64,000 nt of DNA, taken from NCBI GenBank assembly GCA_963833425.1, contig CAWHXP010000013.1:1-64000 (forward strand), written 5' to 3'. Both the position numbers and the translations under genes were made by a program. Under the pieces are notes generated by a model. The model saw only the letters and a list, made by a program, of their open reading frames with translations, did not search any database and was not told where the DNA came from. The DNA is from an uncultured Methanosarcinaceae archaeon (GTDB taxonomy: Archaea; Halobacteriota; Methanosarcinia; Methanosarcinales; Methanosarcinaceae). This document shows positions 22,157 to 36,019 of the stretch, piece after piece; position 1 is the first letter of the stretch; the number at the start of each line of letters is the position of its first letter.

Positions 22157-22401
22157 TTTAATGTTAGTTTAGTGCATTGTAGATTCTTAACATTTTTTTT
22201 CACAAACAATATTTTTTAATTCTGCAAAATTTGTTTTATCAAAAGAACATTGTCATACAAAAAAATAGCTCGCTAAATTTGGGATATAAAGAACAAACTG
22301 TTATACGACAAATATAATAATATATTCAACCTATAATGGAAATACCAAAGCACTACTGTTATACTTGATATTTTATGCACTACCAAAGCACTAATATATT
22401 G

Positions 22402-22602
22402 TATTAAAATGTAAAATATACTCAACATAATATACTGATAACTTTACTTATCCAATAGAGGAACATATTCTATTAAAATGTAAAATATACTCAACATAAT
22501 ATACTGATAACTTTACTTATCCAATAGAGGAACATATTCTATTAAAATGTAAAATATACTCAACATAATATACTGATAACTTTACTTATCCAATAGAGGA
22601 AC
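22402..22602. repeat. Perfect 69-bp tandem repeat, 2.9 copies
   Basis: Units start at 22402, 22471 and 22540 (tattaaaatgtaaaatatactc...gaggaacatattc). Confidence 0.95.
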
Positions 22603-22626
22603 TTTACTTCCAGAGGTGTCTGATAT

Positions 22627-23814
22627 ATGGACTTCGATGCAATAGATGATTTTGTACATAAAACAATCGGGATAATTGGATCAGATAAAAGAAACATCCG
22701 CTGTGCAGTCGCTTTTGCTATTGAACGTGCAGAAGAGATGGCCATTTCTCCCGAACTCTTGTTTGAGATTTCGAATGCTTGCAAACAGCAGAAAATGTGC
22801 ATGCAAGAATACGTCTTTGCAAAGGCTTGCTTTTCAAAGGCTTGTGGGAAGATCCGGGAAGAAGCTTATGTTTCAATGAGCACTGCGTCAAATGCAATGG
22901 GTTTTTCCCTTGAAACTGAAGCAAGCTATCTAGAAGTTCTAAGAGAAACACCCGATAATACAGATGTCAGATGTGCGTATGCAGAACTTTTATTTGAACT
23001 CAAAAAAATCCCGGAAGCTGAAAAGGAATATAAAACGATACTTAAAGCTTCTTCAACACATGTAAAAGCAAATACAGGATATGCTTATCTCTTAGCTGAA
23101 TATGGCTACACGAAAGAAGCAGAAGAATACTACTCCAGGGCACTTGATGTTGATCCAAATTATGTCCCTGCTAGAGGTGGATACGCAAACCTACTTTTTC
23201 ATCTAGGAAGATTCAGGGATGCAGAAAAAGGATACATACTTGCAATTGAACTAGCCCCTGAAGACCCAAGTCTACATCACAACTGTGGCGCTTTACTCTC
23301 TTTCTTGGGGCGTTATCCAGAAGCAGAAATTGAGTACAAAAAAGCTCTTTCCCTTAACCCGAGTCAAAGACGAACGCTCTTCAATTACGGGAACCTTCTC
23401 GCAAGAGAAGGTAGATTTTCGGAAGCAGAGGTACATTATTTGGAAGCTCTTGCCCTTGATCAAAATGATGCAAAAATTCATTCCAATTATGCGAACCTCC
23501 TGGCCCGCTTTGGGAGAAGGCACGAGGCTGAAGTGGAATATAATAAAGCCCTCAGTTTGGATCCTGAAAGTGCGGAGGGGCATTATAGCTATGGAAATCT
23601 TCTTTTGGAGATGGAACGCTTATCTGAAGCTGAAGAAGAATACCAGAGAGCCCTTGTCCTTAACCCGTATTATCCTCCAATTCACTACAGTTATGGTCTT
23701 CTTATGAGAAAAATGAGGCGCTTTGAAGATGCTAAAAAACAGTACATGAAAGCCATGCAGCTTGACCCTGATATAGGGAGTAAAATGATAGAAACTTGGA
23801 TTATTCTTGATTGA
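22627..23814 (+). CDS. Tetratricopeptide repeat protein
   Basis: About 8 successive 34-aa TPR motifs (YANLL...EAE.EY.KAL.LDP). GAGGTG SD upstream. Confidence 0.9.
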   Translation: MDFDAIDDFVHKTIGIIGSDKRNIRCAVAFAIERAEEMAISPELLFEISNACKQQKMCMQEYVFAKACFSKACGKIREEAYVSMSTASNAMGFSLETEASYLEVLRETPDNTDVRCAYAELLFELKKIPEAEKEYKTILKASSTHVKANTGYAYLLAEYGYTKEAEEYYSRALDVDPNYVPARGGYANLLFHLGRFRDAEKGYILAIELAPEDPSLHHNCGALLSFLGRYPEAEIEYKKALSLNPSQRRTLFNYGNLLAREGRFSEAEVHYLEALALDQNDAKIHSNYANLLARFGRRHEAEVEYNKALSLDPESAEGHYSYGNLLLEMERLSEAEEEYQRALVLNPYYPPIHYSYGLLMRKMRRFEDAKKQYMKAMQLDPDIGSKMIETWIILD

Positions 23815-23817
23815 CTT

Positions 23818-23903
23818 AAAAATTCCGATAAACGCCTAAATTTTGTCACATGCTAGAACTTAGATATAAAGACTCTTGAAAATCAAAATTTATTGAAATT
23901 CAC
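23818..23903. mobile_element. MITE (~90-bp family, degenerate)
   Basis: aattccgataaacgcctaaattttgtc ... tttattgaaattcac. Confidence 0.6.
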
Positions 23904-24398
23904 TAAAAATTTGGTTTTTTCATAAATTCTAAATATTCACTATTTTGCTAAAAATCTCTCCTCCATTTATATTTTAGCCACTTATTTTAATACACTCAAC
24001 ACTATCATAACCCTTACTTTCGTCTCAGTCATTCCTCAATGAGGAGTAAAAAATATTCAAGTTCCACATTGTTTTTTAGCTCAAACATTCATTCATCAAT
24101 TAATTTTAAAAATATATGTGCATCAATTTGTGAAGTAACCAACCATAACTTCCTTATCCAACCTATTCAGCTACTAGTAACCTATTATGTTTAGTGACTC
24201 TAAATTTGTGAACCGTTTAATCGATAGAATCTCCAAATATCTAAGCCGGATAAATTATAACTTTGATTGGATTTTATTATTTTGTTGTTTCCTTGTGCAC
24301 CAAGCAAGTCGATCAAAAGAAACCTTTTGTTTAAGATATTTTTGAGTCCATTCATTTTAACAAAAAGCTTTATGAAGCAAACCTGGAGCTGATAGAAT

Positions 24399-24654
24399 CA
24401 TTTTCAACATAACGATAATTTCAGCTTCAGGTCTGCTTCATAAAGCTTTTTGTTAAAATGAATGGACTCAAAAATGATATGAAATGATTTCCAATTAATT
24501 AGGGATCAATTTTAGAAAGTTTGTTTCAAACTAATTGAAGATGTTTTTATTCTTCTTTGAGAGCAAAATCAGTCGGATTTTTCATGAGTAAAAATTATTA
24601 TTAAAGGATTTAAATTCTCCAATACTTAAATATAAAATTTTATTAAGATTCTCT
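24399..24654 (-). repeat. Inverted copy of the first 256 bp of the decayed IS5 at 20439-20694
   Basis: Reverse complement matches with only 2 differences by my manual comparison, including the inactivating mutations. Confidence 0.9.
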
Positions 24655-26329
24655 TTAATTTGACGATCTAAGTTAGAGGAATAAAATTTAGAGGGAATAA
24701 ACAGATAAACTGCAGGTTTTTTTATAAAATCGACATTTTGAAGATGTAAACATATGTAAAAATTGCTTGTTTTTTTCCTTATTGTTCATTGAAAGTTAGA
24801 TTAATTTTTAAACTACTGCTGTCGAGAAAATAGATTGTGTTTTTGTGCATAGATGTGAAAACTGGGATAAAGATTCAACTTGAGGATCGAATCCAAAGTC
24901 GAAGTCCAAAATTTATTTAGTTTTTCATGTTTCTATTATAACAGCATTGAGATTATGTTTTTTAACGTCACAAAAGCTTCTGTAAAATCCGACTGATCTG
25001 TTTTCCATTAACATGAAGTTCTAGATTCTGTTCTCTGTCTTTTGGATCTTAGTTTAATTATTTTTTAAATATTTCCCATCCTTGTCTGGTATGCACTTAA
25101 TGTCGTTAGGAAGTATCCATAGTTTGAATTCAATTCCCATTGGATCGTCTTTGATTGTATTGGAAGCGTTAGCGAATGTATACAAAATAAGACGTTCCTC
25201 TGGCAATGCCGTAGATATGAACACCTTAATTCAAGGGTGGGACATGTGTGCTAGTTATGGTCACGATTCCTCCGGAACCTTCTGACTGGAAGTTGAGATA
25301 TATAATATTTTTACCTCAAAGTGCAAATCCTGTCTCTGTAGCCTTAAAAGTAAAAGATCTGTACCTTAGGAAATTTTTATACCAGCAACAAAGATTTGAT
25401 ATCTACCATCGAAAATAGGGGTATTCTTTTCAAAAATAATCTGCATTCATACTTTCTCTCGATGATATAGTGCTATTCAGTATCACGAAATCTCAGAAAA
25501 CTGTTTTGGTGGCGAGATCTCCCTTATAACCATTTATTCTGCGGGATAAATAAGCAATCCAAATAAAAGAAATGTCAATAGCAAAAATAAGCCTTTTAAT
25601 TCTTAATATTACAAGTGCAGAATTTACATTTGTTTGCAAAATTTTGTTGAAGCTGAATTGTATTCGTTTTCGTTCTATTTTAATAAATTGTGCGTATAGT
25701 GTGACAGAATCAAATGATTGTAGTTAAATCTGCCAGCAATATTCTGATTTATACTAGATTTAAGCGGCTAACTACAAATAAGTATCATAAATTATCAACA
25801 TATCTAAAAAGTTCCACATATTACAAACTGACATGTGCCTGATTAAAATCTTATTTGATTTGGAGTTAAAAAATAGCTCCAAGTTTGTAACAGATGATCG
25901 TTGCAAGACAATAAAGTAGAGGTGTGATTGCCAGATTAAAAGAACTGTTAAGGTATGTATTCCAGGTTTTAGACTATAAAAGAGTCTTTTTTAAATAAAG
26001 AAGTATTATAAGCCCTAAAATTACTGCTGTATCATAAGGAATTATAGCATTAGAAGATATTACACTTAGTAACATATATACCTCGAAATATGATAAAATA
26101 TCTCCCAGTACTCGATAGTATAGTTTAGCATGAATAACTTTTCGACATAAGTATTAACTTTTAAACTGATATGCATCCTTTTATCAAAGATTTAAATTTA
26201 ATAAATATATTTGTGTAATTACAGTCCAGTTATAGTTCTAATAAGAGATTTTTAAACAAAGCTGATATTTTCAACAGAAAGTACGTGATTAAACTGTTAT
26301 TTGAGTACTCTTTCTCCCTTCTCTTTTTC

Positions 26330-26415
26330 CATAATTATAATCGCTTCACTAATTATTTTTATACATGTATCAACCTATAAATATTCATGAAAGTCAGAGA
26401 TTTATCGAAATTCTT
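26330..26415. mobile_element. MITE remnant (right end preserved)
   Basis: ttcatgaaagtcagagatttatcgaaattc matches the right half of the family. Confidence 0.45.
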
Positions 26416-26472
26416 TTAAATTAGCTATAAGAATAATCTTTCACGTGATTTTCTTTTTACTGAGGGTTCCTT

Positions 26473-27345
26473 TTGAGAGTTAAAAAAGCACTTATTCCGG
26501 CAGCCGGTCTTGGCACCAGATTCCTGCCCGCCACCAAGTCGATGCCGAAGGAAATGCTTCCAATCATTGATACTCCTGTGATACAGTATGTAGTAGAGGA
26601 GGCTATTGATTCCGGAATCAACGATATCATAATTATTACAGGTCGGGGCAAAAGAGCAATAGAAGATTATTTCGATGATTCCCCTGAGCTTGAGATGTAT
26701 CTCAAAAAAAAAAATGACACTGAACTCCTCAAACTGGTCAGGGACGTTTCTTCACTTGTGGATATCCATTATATCCGTCAGAAAGAACCAAAAGGGCTTG
26801 GAGATGCAGTCCTTAGAGCAGAAAAACATATTGGAGATGAGCCTTTTGCTGTGCTTCTAGGGGATGATATTATTGTAAATGATAAGCCCTGCACTGCCCA
26901 ACTCATTGAAAATTTCGAAAAATATGAAAAATCTACTCTCGCAGTCGAAGAAGTTTCTTACGAAAAACTGAGCAGTTATGGGATTATAAAAGGAAAACCT
27001 ATTGGTGATTCACTTTATGTACTTGAAGATATTATCGAAAAACCATCCCCGAATGATGCTTTTTCAAATATAGGGGCAGTTGGTCGTTATGTCTTCACCC
27101 CTGAAATCTTTGATTGTATAAGGAGTGCAGGAACAGGATTCAAAAGCGAAATTCAGCTTACAGATGGTATCAGGCATCTGAATAAATCTCAGATTATATA
27201 TGCTTACAAGTTCAAGGGAAAAAGATTCGATACCGGAGACAGACTAGGTTACATAAAGGCAATAGTAAATTTTGCCCTTAAAAATGAAAATCTGAAAGAA
27301 AATATCATTGAATACCTGAAAGAAATCATAGAGATGGAAAAGTAG
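26473..27345 (+). CDS. galU: UTP-glucose-1-phosphate uridylyltransferase
   Basis: KALIPAAGLGTRFLPATKSMPKEMLP, RQKEPKGLGDAV, LLGDD, IEKP, EIQLTD. Confidence 0.95.
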   Translation: MRVKKALIPAAGLGTRFLPATKSMPKEMLPIIDTPVIQYVVEEAIDSGINDIIIITGRGKRAIEDYFDDSPELEMYLKKKNDTELLKLVRDVSSLVDIHYIRQKEPKGLGDAVLRAEKHIGDEPFAVLLGDDIIVNDKPCTAQLIENFEKYEKSTLAVEEVSYEKLSSYGIIKGKPIGDSLYVLEDIIEKPSPNDAFSNIGAVGRYVFTPEIFDCIRSAGTGFKSEIQLTDGIRHLNKSQIIYAYKFKGKRFDTGDRLGYIKAIVNFALKNENLKENIIEYLKEIIEMEK

Positions 27346-28059
27346 AAGGGAACAAAATTATAATTAGGGATTAAGATAGTCAAATATCCTCTATTCTGAA
27401 ATCGGATAGACTTATTGAATTTTTACACAATTTATGTCTATTTGTTCTTTTAGATGGTATATTCGTGCTACTTAGAATGATAATTTTATTTTGTACTTTT
27501 CTATAGGACAATTATTTATATATGTTGGCTCCGACCTTCCCCAAATTTCTGACAGATTTGTTCATTTTTTTATCAATATATAATCAAACTAAGTGCCGAA
27601 TCTTGATTCGAATTTTCTTATGTTTGCTACAATACGTTCTTTAGATAATCTCGGAGCCTTTTCTGCCATTTGTGATGAACTTTAAATTGAAAAAGTGATT
27701 GATGAAGTAATGTCCAAATTTGGGCAACAAAATTAGCTAATACTTTAGTAAAAGAAAAACTTCTAAATTGTCTTTGTTTCACTGACATCAACCTTGACAT
27801 ATTTTTCAGTACTTTTAAACTCACCCAATTGAAAAATTGGTTGGTCTTGGAATGAGCATCTACCTCAGGATATTGTTTCTGAAAGAACTCCCTGACTAGA
27901 TGCATGGAACAAACTCCATTCAACTTTTCATGAAATTTGCCTTGAAATTATGGGAATTATCAACATCAAAAGTTAACTTCTACATTGTATCATCACATAT
28001 TTTATCATTTTTAGAAACTACAAAAATATCGATGGCAAATCTATGTTGAAGTACATAAG

Positions 28060-28149
28060 GAGGATTTTGATAAATCCCTTAGTTTCATGATATAATTATA
28101 TAAGTTATAAAAATAAATCGTGAAAAATCAGAAGTTTATCGAAACCCTC
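28060..28149. mobile_element. MITE (~90-bp family)
   Basis: gaggattttgataaatc ... gtttatcgaaaccctc, followed by TA. Confidence 0.75.
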
Positions 28150-28459
28150 TATGGTCATTCAAAAGACATTAAAGACAAATGTCAGCGTTTTGAGTTAAAA
28201 ATAATCACAAAGCAGTATGATCTTCAACTATTTTAAAAGGTTTAATCCTGCAATGCGTAAGACGAAGAAACCACAGAATGAAAGTTATAAAAATACTTAC
28301 GGAATGTGTCACGGGCAATGAGGATTTTTTTGCATAGTTGATATTGCACTATATTTTAAAAAGACATCAAATCAATAAGTAAATACATGGAATTGATAGC
28401 TCGCATCTCTTAAAAGCTCAATATTCCCTAATAATTGTTAGCACTTGATATTGAATTCA

Positions 28460-28730
28460 AGTACAAAAAGGATCCAATATATTCGTTTTAAACGGAAGCT
28501 TACCATCAACTACGGTTCCAATGCCCCCAATCAATCCATATTTCACCATTCAAAAGATTTACTTAATCTCAGGCTATTATTCAAAGATTTTTCTCGCTAT
28601 GATGCATTTTATAACCTGCATCCCTCTTGAAGGATAATATTTTGGCCCAGCACTAACTAGTAGATATACATGATCACCATTATTACCGATTGAATCAAAC
28701 TCAAAACAGTACCATATACAAATAAATTTG
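28460..28730 (-). mobile_element. Decayed IS200/IS605 TnpA relic
   Basis: YCFEFDSIGNNGDHVYLLVSAGPKYYPSRGMQVIKCIIARK and GIGTVVDG. Confidence 0.75.
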
Positions 28731-29439
28731 AAATATTTGAGAGGATTAAGATGAAACTATAATTTTCCCGAGCCATTTATATATTTTTATAGGCATGTGA
28801 TGAAAATTTGGCGTATATAGAAGTTCTTATGATACGAACACCTCATTAATGTATAATATTGATTCTGTTAATATAAATTGAAAAAACTAAGTGAAACAAT
28901 AGTGTAACGATATATTTTCAACCAAAAAAATAAAACTGTATATTTTTAATTTTAACATAATTGTTAAATTCATTCTTGGAAGAATTCGATTCCATTTTAA
29001 AATATCCTGCTTTAATTATTTTTGTTTATTCCTCACCCATTTCTTTTCTGAATTCTATGTAATCTCTCTCGACTTCTTCGAGTTCGTAATCCATTTAATT
29101 CCCCCATTTAAATTTTGATAACACTATTTTATTGCTTTGTTTATTCATCTTTCTGCATATGACAAGAGAATGCCATTTACTTTATAAAGATGAAAATTAA
29201 TCTAACTTCCAATTACTAAGTGAGCAAATAGGCACCAAGTCCGTTATCTATGTCTATCAGCAGAATGTCGGCTTATGTATATGGAAGTCCTTATTTTAAT
29301 ATGCCTTAGTCCCCATTTTGAAAAACGCGTTTAACTTATATAAATGTTACTGTCAACTGATATCTAATTATACTCCTTGCAGAAAGTCGACATTTCTTAC
29401 TTCATTTGTAATTTTATGGGAATGATAAGATATTTTTAA

Positions 29440-30672
29440 ATGAAAGTTGTGTTATTTTTTGCTTCCATGTGTAAAAATTCGAAACCTGAACTTGTTCTGG
29501 GTATCAGGAACCTAGCAGGTTTGGAGGCTTGTTCTTTCTATGCGGACGCAGTCTATTTTTCAATCGACAGGCTCAACTTGAGAGCAAGAGCAAAAGACAT
29601 TACGCTAGAAAACTTGGAAAGTTTTGTTTGGGAAGTGAAGGCTAGAGGACTCAAAGCTTATCTTGCTGTAAACTCGACAGCGAACGAGGACAGTCTTGGG
29701 GATGTATCGGAAATAGTAACTATGTCTGCAAGGATAGGAGTGGATGCTATTATAGCCTGGGACATGGCTGTGATCCTGCAAGCACTAAGCACAGGGCTTA
29801 AAGTCCATGTCTCCACGCAAGCGAATATTACGAACCATAAAGCGGCAGAATTTTATAGAACTCTGGGGGCAAAACGCGTTGTACTTTCAAGAGAACTCTC
29901 TATTAAAGAGATTACGAAAATAATTCAGCGGACCGAAGTAGAGATCGAAACTTTTGTCCATGGTGCAATGTGCATGGCAGTTTCAGGCCGATGCCATCTA
30001 TCAGCTTACGTCCTTGGGAAATCCGGAAACTGCGGAGAATGCACACAGCCATGCCGATGGAAATGGGAGCTTCATGGGGAAAATGGATTTGTTGCAGAGA
30101 GCCTGGGAAAATACATCCTCAGTGCAAAAGACCTCTGCATGATAGAGCACATTCCAGAACTTATTAGAGCCGGAATAAATTCTTTTAAAGTGGAAGGACG
30201 GTTGCGAGATCCAGGTTATCTTGAAGTTGTCTCTCGTTGCTATAGAGAAGCTATCGAAGCCTTCAGAGAAGGAAATTATAATCTGGAAAAAGTAGAGGTC
30301 TGGAAACTAGAACTGGCCTCTGTTTATAATAGGGGCTTTTCTACAGGCTTTTACTTTGGGGCTCCAAGTTTCGATGATTTGTCTTCTGGAAAAGATATGA
30401 ATGCTTCCAGAAAGAGACGTCTGTCTGCGGGAATGGTTGTGAACTATTATCCAAAACAGATGGCTGCAGCAGTAAAGCTTCTAGAAGAGGGGATACAAAT
30501 CGGAGACGAAATAATTATAGAGGGGAGCACAACTTATTTGAAGCAGCAAGTCAAGTCCCTGAAAAAGCAAGGTAAAAATCTAATAAGGGCCGAAAAAGGA
30601 GATGAAATAGGCCTTGCTGTCGAGGGCATAGTGAGGAGAAATGATCATATCTTTATAATCAGATTAAAATAA
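29440..30672 (+). CDS. Peptidase U32 family protein (TrhP/RlhA-like Fe-S hydroxylation protein); true start may be 29467
   Basis: KPEL, ADAVY, HVSTQAN, RVVLSRELS, FVHGAMCMAVSGRC, CTQPCRW, SFKVEGR. Confidence 0.9.
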   Translation: MKVVLFFASMCKNSKPELVLGIRNLAGLEACSFYADAVYFSIDRLNLRARAKDITLENLESFVWEVKARGLKAYLAVNSTANEDSLGDVSEIVTMSARIGVDAIIAWDMAVILQALSTGLKVHVSTQANITNHKAAEFYRTLGAKRVVLSRELSIKEITKIIQRTEVEIETFVHGAMCMAVSGRCHLSAYVLGKSGNCGECTQPCRWKWELHGENGFVAESLGKYILSAKDLCMIEHIPELIRAGINSFKVEGRLRDPGYLEVVSRCYREAIEAFREGNYNLEKVEVWKLELASVYNRGFSTGFYFGAPSFDDLSSGKDMNASRKRRLSAGMVVNYYPKQMAAAVKLLEEGIQIGDEIIIEGSTTYLKQQVKSLKKQGKNLIRAEKGDEIGLAVEGIVRRNDHIFIIRLK

Positions 30673-31019
30673 TATAATATTATTTATATATTGGATCCCT
30701 TCTATCAGAGAAACAAATTACAGAAAATAATCAGTGTGTAAAATTTAAGAAATGATCAAATCGTCTGATATCTGCATATCTAAATAATAATGACTTTAAC
30801 ACTGTTTGATTGAAAAAAAAAACTCCATCTCATCAAAGATTGTATATTAATAATCGTATTTTTGGATTTACAAACGATTATAAATAAGAATTATTTTTGA
30901 TTTAGAAGCAACTAGCCATCAGATATGAAACACTTTTTCACGATGAAAAGTTAGTTAAAAAAATAATTTCCCGACTAAGAACATTATTTCTGTTTATCCA
31001 GAGCTAGAATGGTGATACC

Positions 31020-31985
31020 TTGATAAGCGTCAACGAAATGGGATCATATGTCATGGAAGAGATGCTCGACTGGAGCGAAGACTTAAACACGGAAGTTACA
31101 AAACTCAAAAATGGGGCTACAGTTATTGACTGCGGAGTTAAGGAAGACGGTGGATATGAAGTCGGTATGTACCTAGCAAGACTCTGCCTGGCTGACCTTG
31201 CTGACCTACAATATACCACCTTTGATCTGAACGGTCTAAAGTGGCCTGCCATCCAGATAGCAACTGACAACCCGGTAATTGCCTGTATGGCTTCCCAGTA
31301 CGCAGGATGGAGGATCTCTGTAGGTGATTACTTAGGGGTTGTTTCGGGTCCTGCGCGTGCACTTGCTTTAAAACCTCGAGAATTCTATGAAGAAATAGGA
31401 TATGAAGATGACTTCAAAGCTGCAGTTCTGTTCATAGAATCCGATAAGCTGCCAGACGAAAGAGTTGTCGATTACATTGCGAAACAATGTAGCGTGGATC
31501 CTGAAAATGTGATGATTGCAGTTGCTCCAATAGCGTCTATTGCCGGGTCAGTCCAAATTTCGGCTCGTTCCGTAGAAGCTGGAATCCATAAATTCAAATC
31601 GCTAGGCTTTGACATCAAATGTATTAAGAGTGGATACGGCGTTGCCCCAATTGCTCCGGTCGTAGGAAACGATGTTCTGTGCAGAGGTTCTACCAAAGAT
31701 TGTGTGATTTACTGCGGGGAAACAAATTATACAGTATGCTTTGACGGAGAACTGGCCGAACTTGAAGAATTCGTAAAGAAGGTGCCCTCAAAAAATTCCA
31801 ATAATTTCGGAAAACCGTTATATCAGGCCTTCGAAGAAGCAGATTTTGATTTAGTTAAGGTTAATGAAGATATTTTTGCGCCTGCTAGGCTGAATGTAAA
31901 CGACCTTAAAAGCAAAAAAACAATTTCAAGCGGCGAAATTTATCCAGAAATTTTGTTTCAATCTTTCGGCATGAAAAAGGTATAA
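31020..31985 (+). CDS. mch: Methenyltetrahydromethanopterin cyclohydrolase (divergent)
   Basis: [50 protein letters not shown] start after GGTGA. Confidence 0.95.
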   Translation: MISVNEMGSYVMEEMLDWSEDLNTEVTKLKNGATVIDCGVKEDGGYEVGMYLARLCLADLADLQYTTFDLNGLKWPAIQIATDNPVIACMASQYAGWRISVGDYLGVVSGPARALALKPREFYEEIGYEDDFKAAVLFIESDKLPDERVVDYIAKQCSVDPENVMIAVAPIASIAGSVQISARSVEAGIHKFKSLGFDIKCIKSGYGVAPIAPVVGNDVLCRGSTKDCVIYCGETNYTVCFDGELAELEEFVKKVPSKNSNNFGKPLYQAFEEADFDLVKVNEDIFAPARLNVNDLKSKKTISSGEIYPEILFQSFGMKKV

Positions 31986-32212
31986 AAAGCATTTACCTTT
32001 TTTTAAATGTAGATTACTTTCCTTTTTCATTCTTTTTATTCTTTTTTCCCATTGCCAGCCTATACTTAGTAAGTTCCGAATATAGAATATTCAAATTTAC
32101 CTCAAAGTTTTTTTCCCGCCTGAATCCTGTATAACTATTTCTCATTAATTTTTTTATTTGACTCGATTTTTTCTTTTCTGGTTTATTATTTTTTTTAATT
32201 TTAGAAATAGAT

Positions 32213-33115
32213 GTAGGTATCTTCAGAATACCCTTTATATTTTTATGTAATCAAATGAGAGATATTATAGAAAAAAGCTGTGCAAAACATCTTCATATTT
32301 ACTCTTTGAACATAAGCGACAAGACTTTTCTTGCTAGAACACCTATTTAGTTACTGCGTAAACTAGTTCACATTAAGCTATTTTTTAGCAATCATCTTGT
32401 TTCTGATATATTACTCATTCCAAGAAGATGTCATTTTACTCCTCTTTTCATTGTAGCATCTTAATTTTTTGATTTTGTTCACAGTATCCTCTGTCTCTAC
32501 AAACAACTTCATTTTTTATTGATAAATTTACACTCGAATCATGAAGTATGAAGTTGTTGTTTTGAATTTTCTGATAAGCTCACAAACATGTTTATTATAC
32601 TATGAAATTTATATGCAAGGTGTGACTTATCGTCCCATTTGTCCAGGTTCCATCTCTGATTCTTTTTTGCTTCATTTTTTCGAGGTTTATCATCTGTTGC
32701 AGTCAAGGATCTAAATAGATACAGAATGATAAGACTGTAATACCGTTTAGTATGTACTGAGGAGAGTCACAAGATTTTCTGAAAAAAATTCGATCAATAC
32801 ATTGTTTCTCAAGTTCAAAGTAGAAAAAAAATCATGCAATTCTGTAAAAAAAGCATTTTTAACATAACTATAACTATTACTTCAGCTTAGGTCTTCACCA
32901 AGAAAATTGTTTGTCTAAGTGCATGGATGCAAAAATGATATAAAAAGACTCCAATCAATTAAGAAATGAATTTCAGCAAATTTGTCTCAAACTGACTTAA
33001 GATGTTTGTGGCCTTTTTAAGAGAAGAATCAGTGAGATTTTACATTAATTAAAATTAACGTTAAGAAATTTAAAATATCCAATCCTCAAATACATAGGAG
33101 TCTATCGAAATTCTC
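32213..33115 (-). mobile_element. Heavily decayed full-length IS5-family element
   Basis: Left TIR gagaatttcgatagac. Collinear similarity to the copies at 20440 and 36250. Confidence 0.75.
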
Positions 33116-34219
33116 TGTAATTCAGGCATCTTAGGAGAGTTTATATTATTCCTAGTGTGCTTTTCAAGAATTTCCTTATCTTTTGTTGGATTTGGCAGCA
33201 ATTAAATACACCAGTTTGTTTTATCCATTTTGAGAGAACGTCTCTTTTGAAAAAATATCGATTCATGTATAATGTTCCCACTTTTACTCCCATTATTTCG
33301 ATCTTTTCAAATAAGTATTTCATGAAGGTCGAATATTCTTTGTTTAAGCAGCTAATGTTAATAAAATAAAGTATTAGCTTAATCTCTCATTTATATTCAA
33401 GTTGAGAGTTAATATTCTAGGAAATTTTATTCTTTGGTTTTTATCCCTTCATACATGAGCTTGTATATATCACAATATGGGAATCTGACGCAAGTCAACG
33501 ACAATATTTCAAACATGATTTTTAAAATCCATCAAGTTAAAAACATCACTATTTATTTTGCTAAAGTGAGAAAGAATGTTTTCAAAGAATTGGAATTTAA
33601 ATAATTAAAAATAGTATCGTCTAGAAGAATCCTTATTTGGGGTATTTTTGATCTAGATAGTTTATTCCAAATTCAAGGGAATTTGTAGAAGATTTTGAGG
33701 GCTAGAATCAAATATTGCCAACCTCTAAAAGTTATAATTTATTTATTAGGTAAAGTCAATATATCAATGATACTACGAAATTCAGAAGATATAAGCAGTA
33801 AACTGTTCTTACCTATAACAAAATTGGGATTATTTTTTCATAAAGAAATCCTATAAACCTACGATTCCATAAAATTGCTTACAGGTATATTATGAACTAC
33901 CAACTAAAAATTGGGGTTTATCCGAATCCCAATAATCGATGAATTAGTTACATTAAATAATTTTTTTATTTCAATGAATAGAAGCTACAACTCACTTTAC
34001 TCAGATGTGCACAAGAATACCATCCATTTTCTCAATATGACAGTAGCTTAAAAATTAATTTAGCTTTCAATAAATAATAGTTTCAAATAAAGCAAACAAA
34101 TTTTACATATGTGTATATCAGCAAGATCCCGATTGAAAAAATTTAAAAAATATTTAGGCTAATATTGAGGCAAAAATTTCCAAAAGAAAAGGATAACTTT
34201 TTTTATCTAACCTAGTTAT

Positions 34220-35842
<1,623 letters not shown>

Positions 35843-36019
35843 TTAATAGAATTTTTGAACCAAAAAGATAATTATATTAACTTAAGATAAAATAATCAAA
35901 TGAATGGTTTTTCTGAAATATCTCATGGAATATTTCTGTAAAAAAATAACATCAATATCCTCATGATATAAAAAACACTCTCTAATTTAACATGGAAGTA
36001 AATGACTAAAATGATTCCT

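Noticed and set aside
22402..22602. Possible CRISPR array
   Set aside because: Units are identical end to end with no unique spacers, and no cas genes are nearby.
25060..26130. Possible relics of a cell-surface protein and an archaeosortase-like gene on the minus strand
   Set aside because: Protein-like fragments, but too degraded to assign.
27343..27363. Pyrrolysine (TAG) readthrough at galU and other TAG stops
   Set aside because: The TAG stops fall at the normal C-termini, and no gene here is rescued by TAG readthrough.
27627..27923. 98-aa ORF, possibly a transposase relic
   Set aside because: No convincing start or motif; family cannot be determined.
34118..34140. agcaagatcc...gattgaaa resembling a Methanosarcina CRISPR repeat
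   Set aside because: Single, partial and short; consistent with chance.
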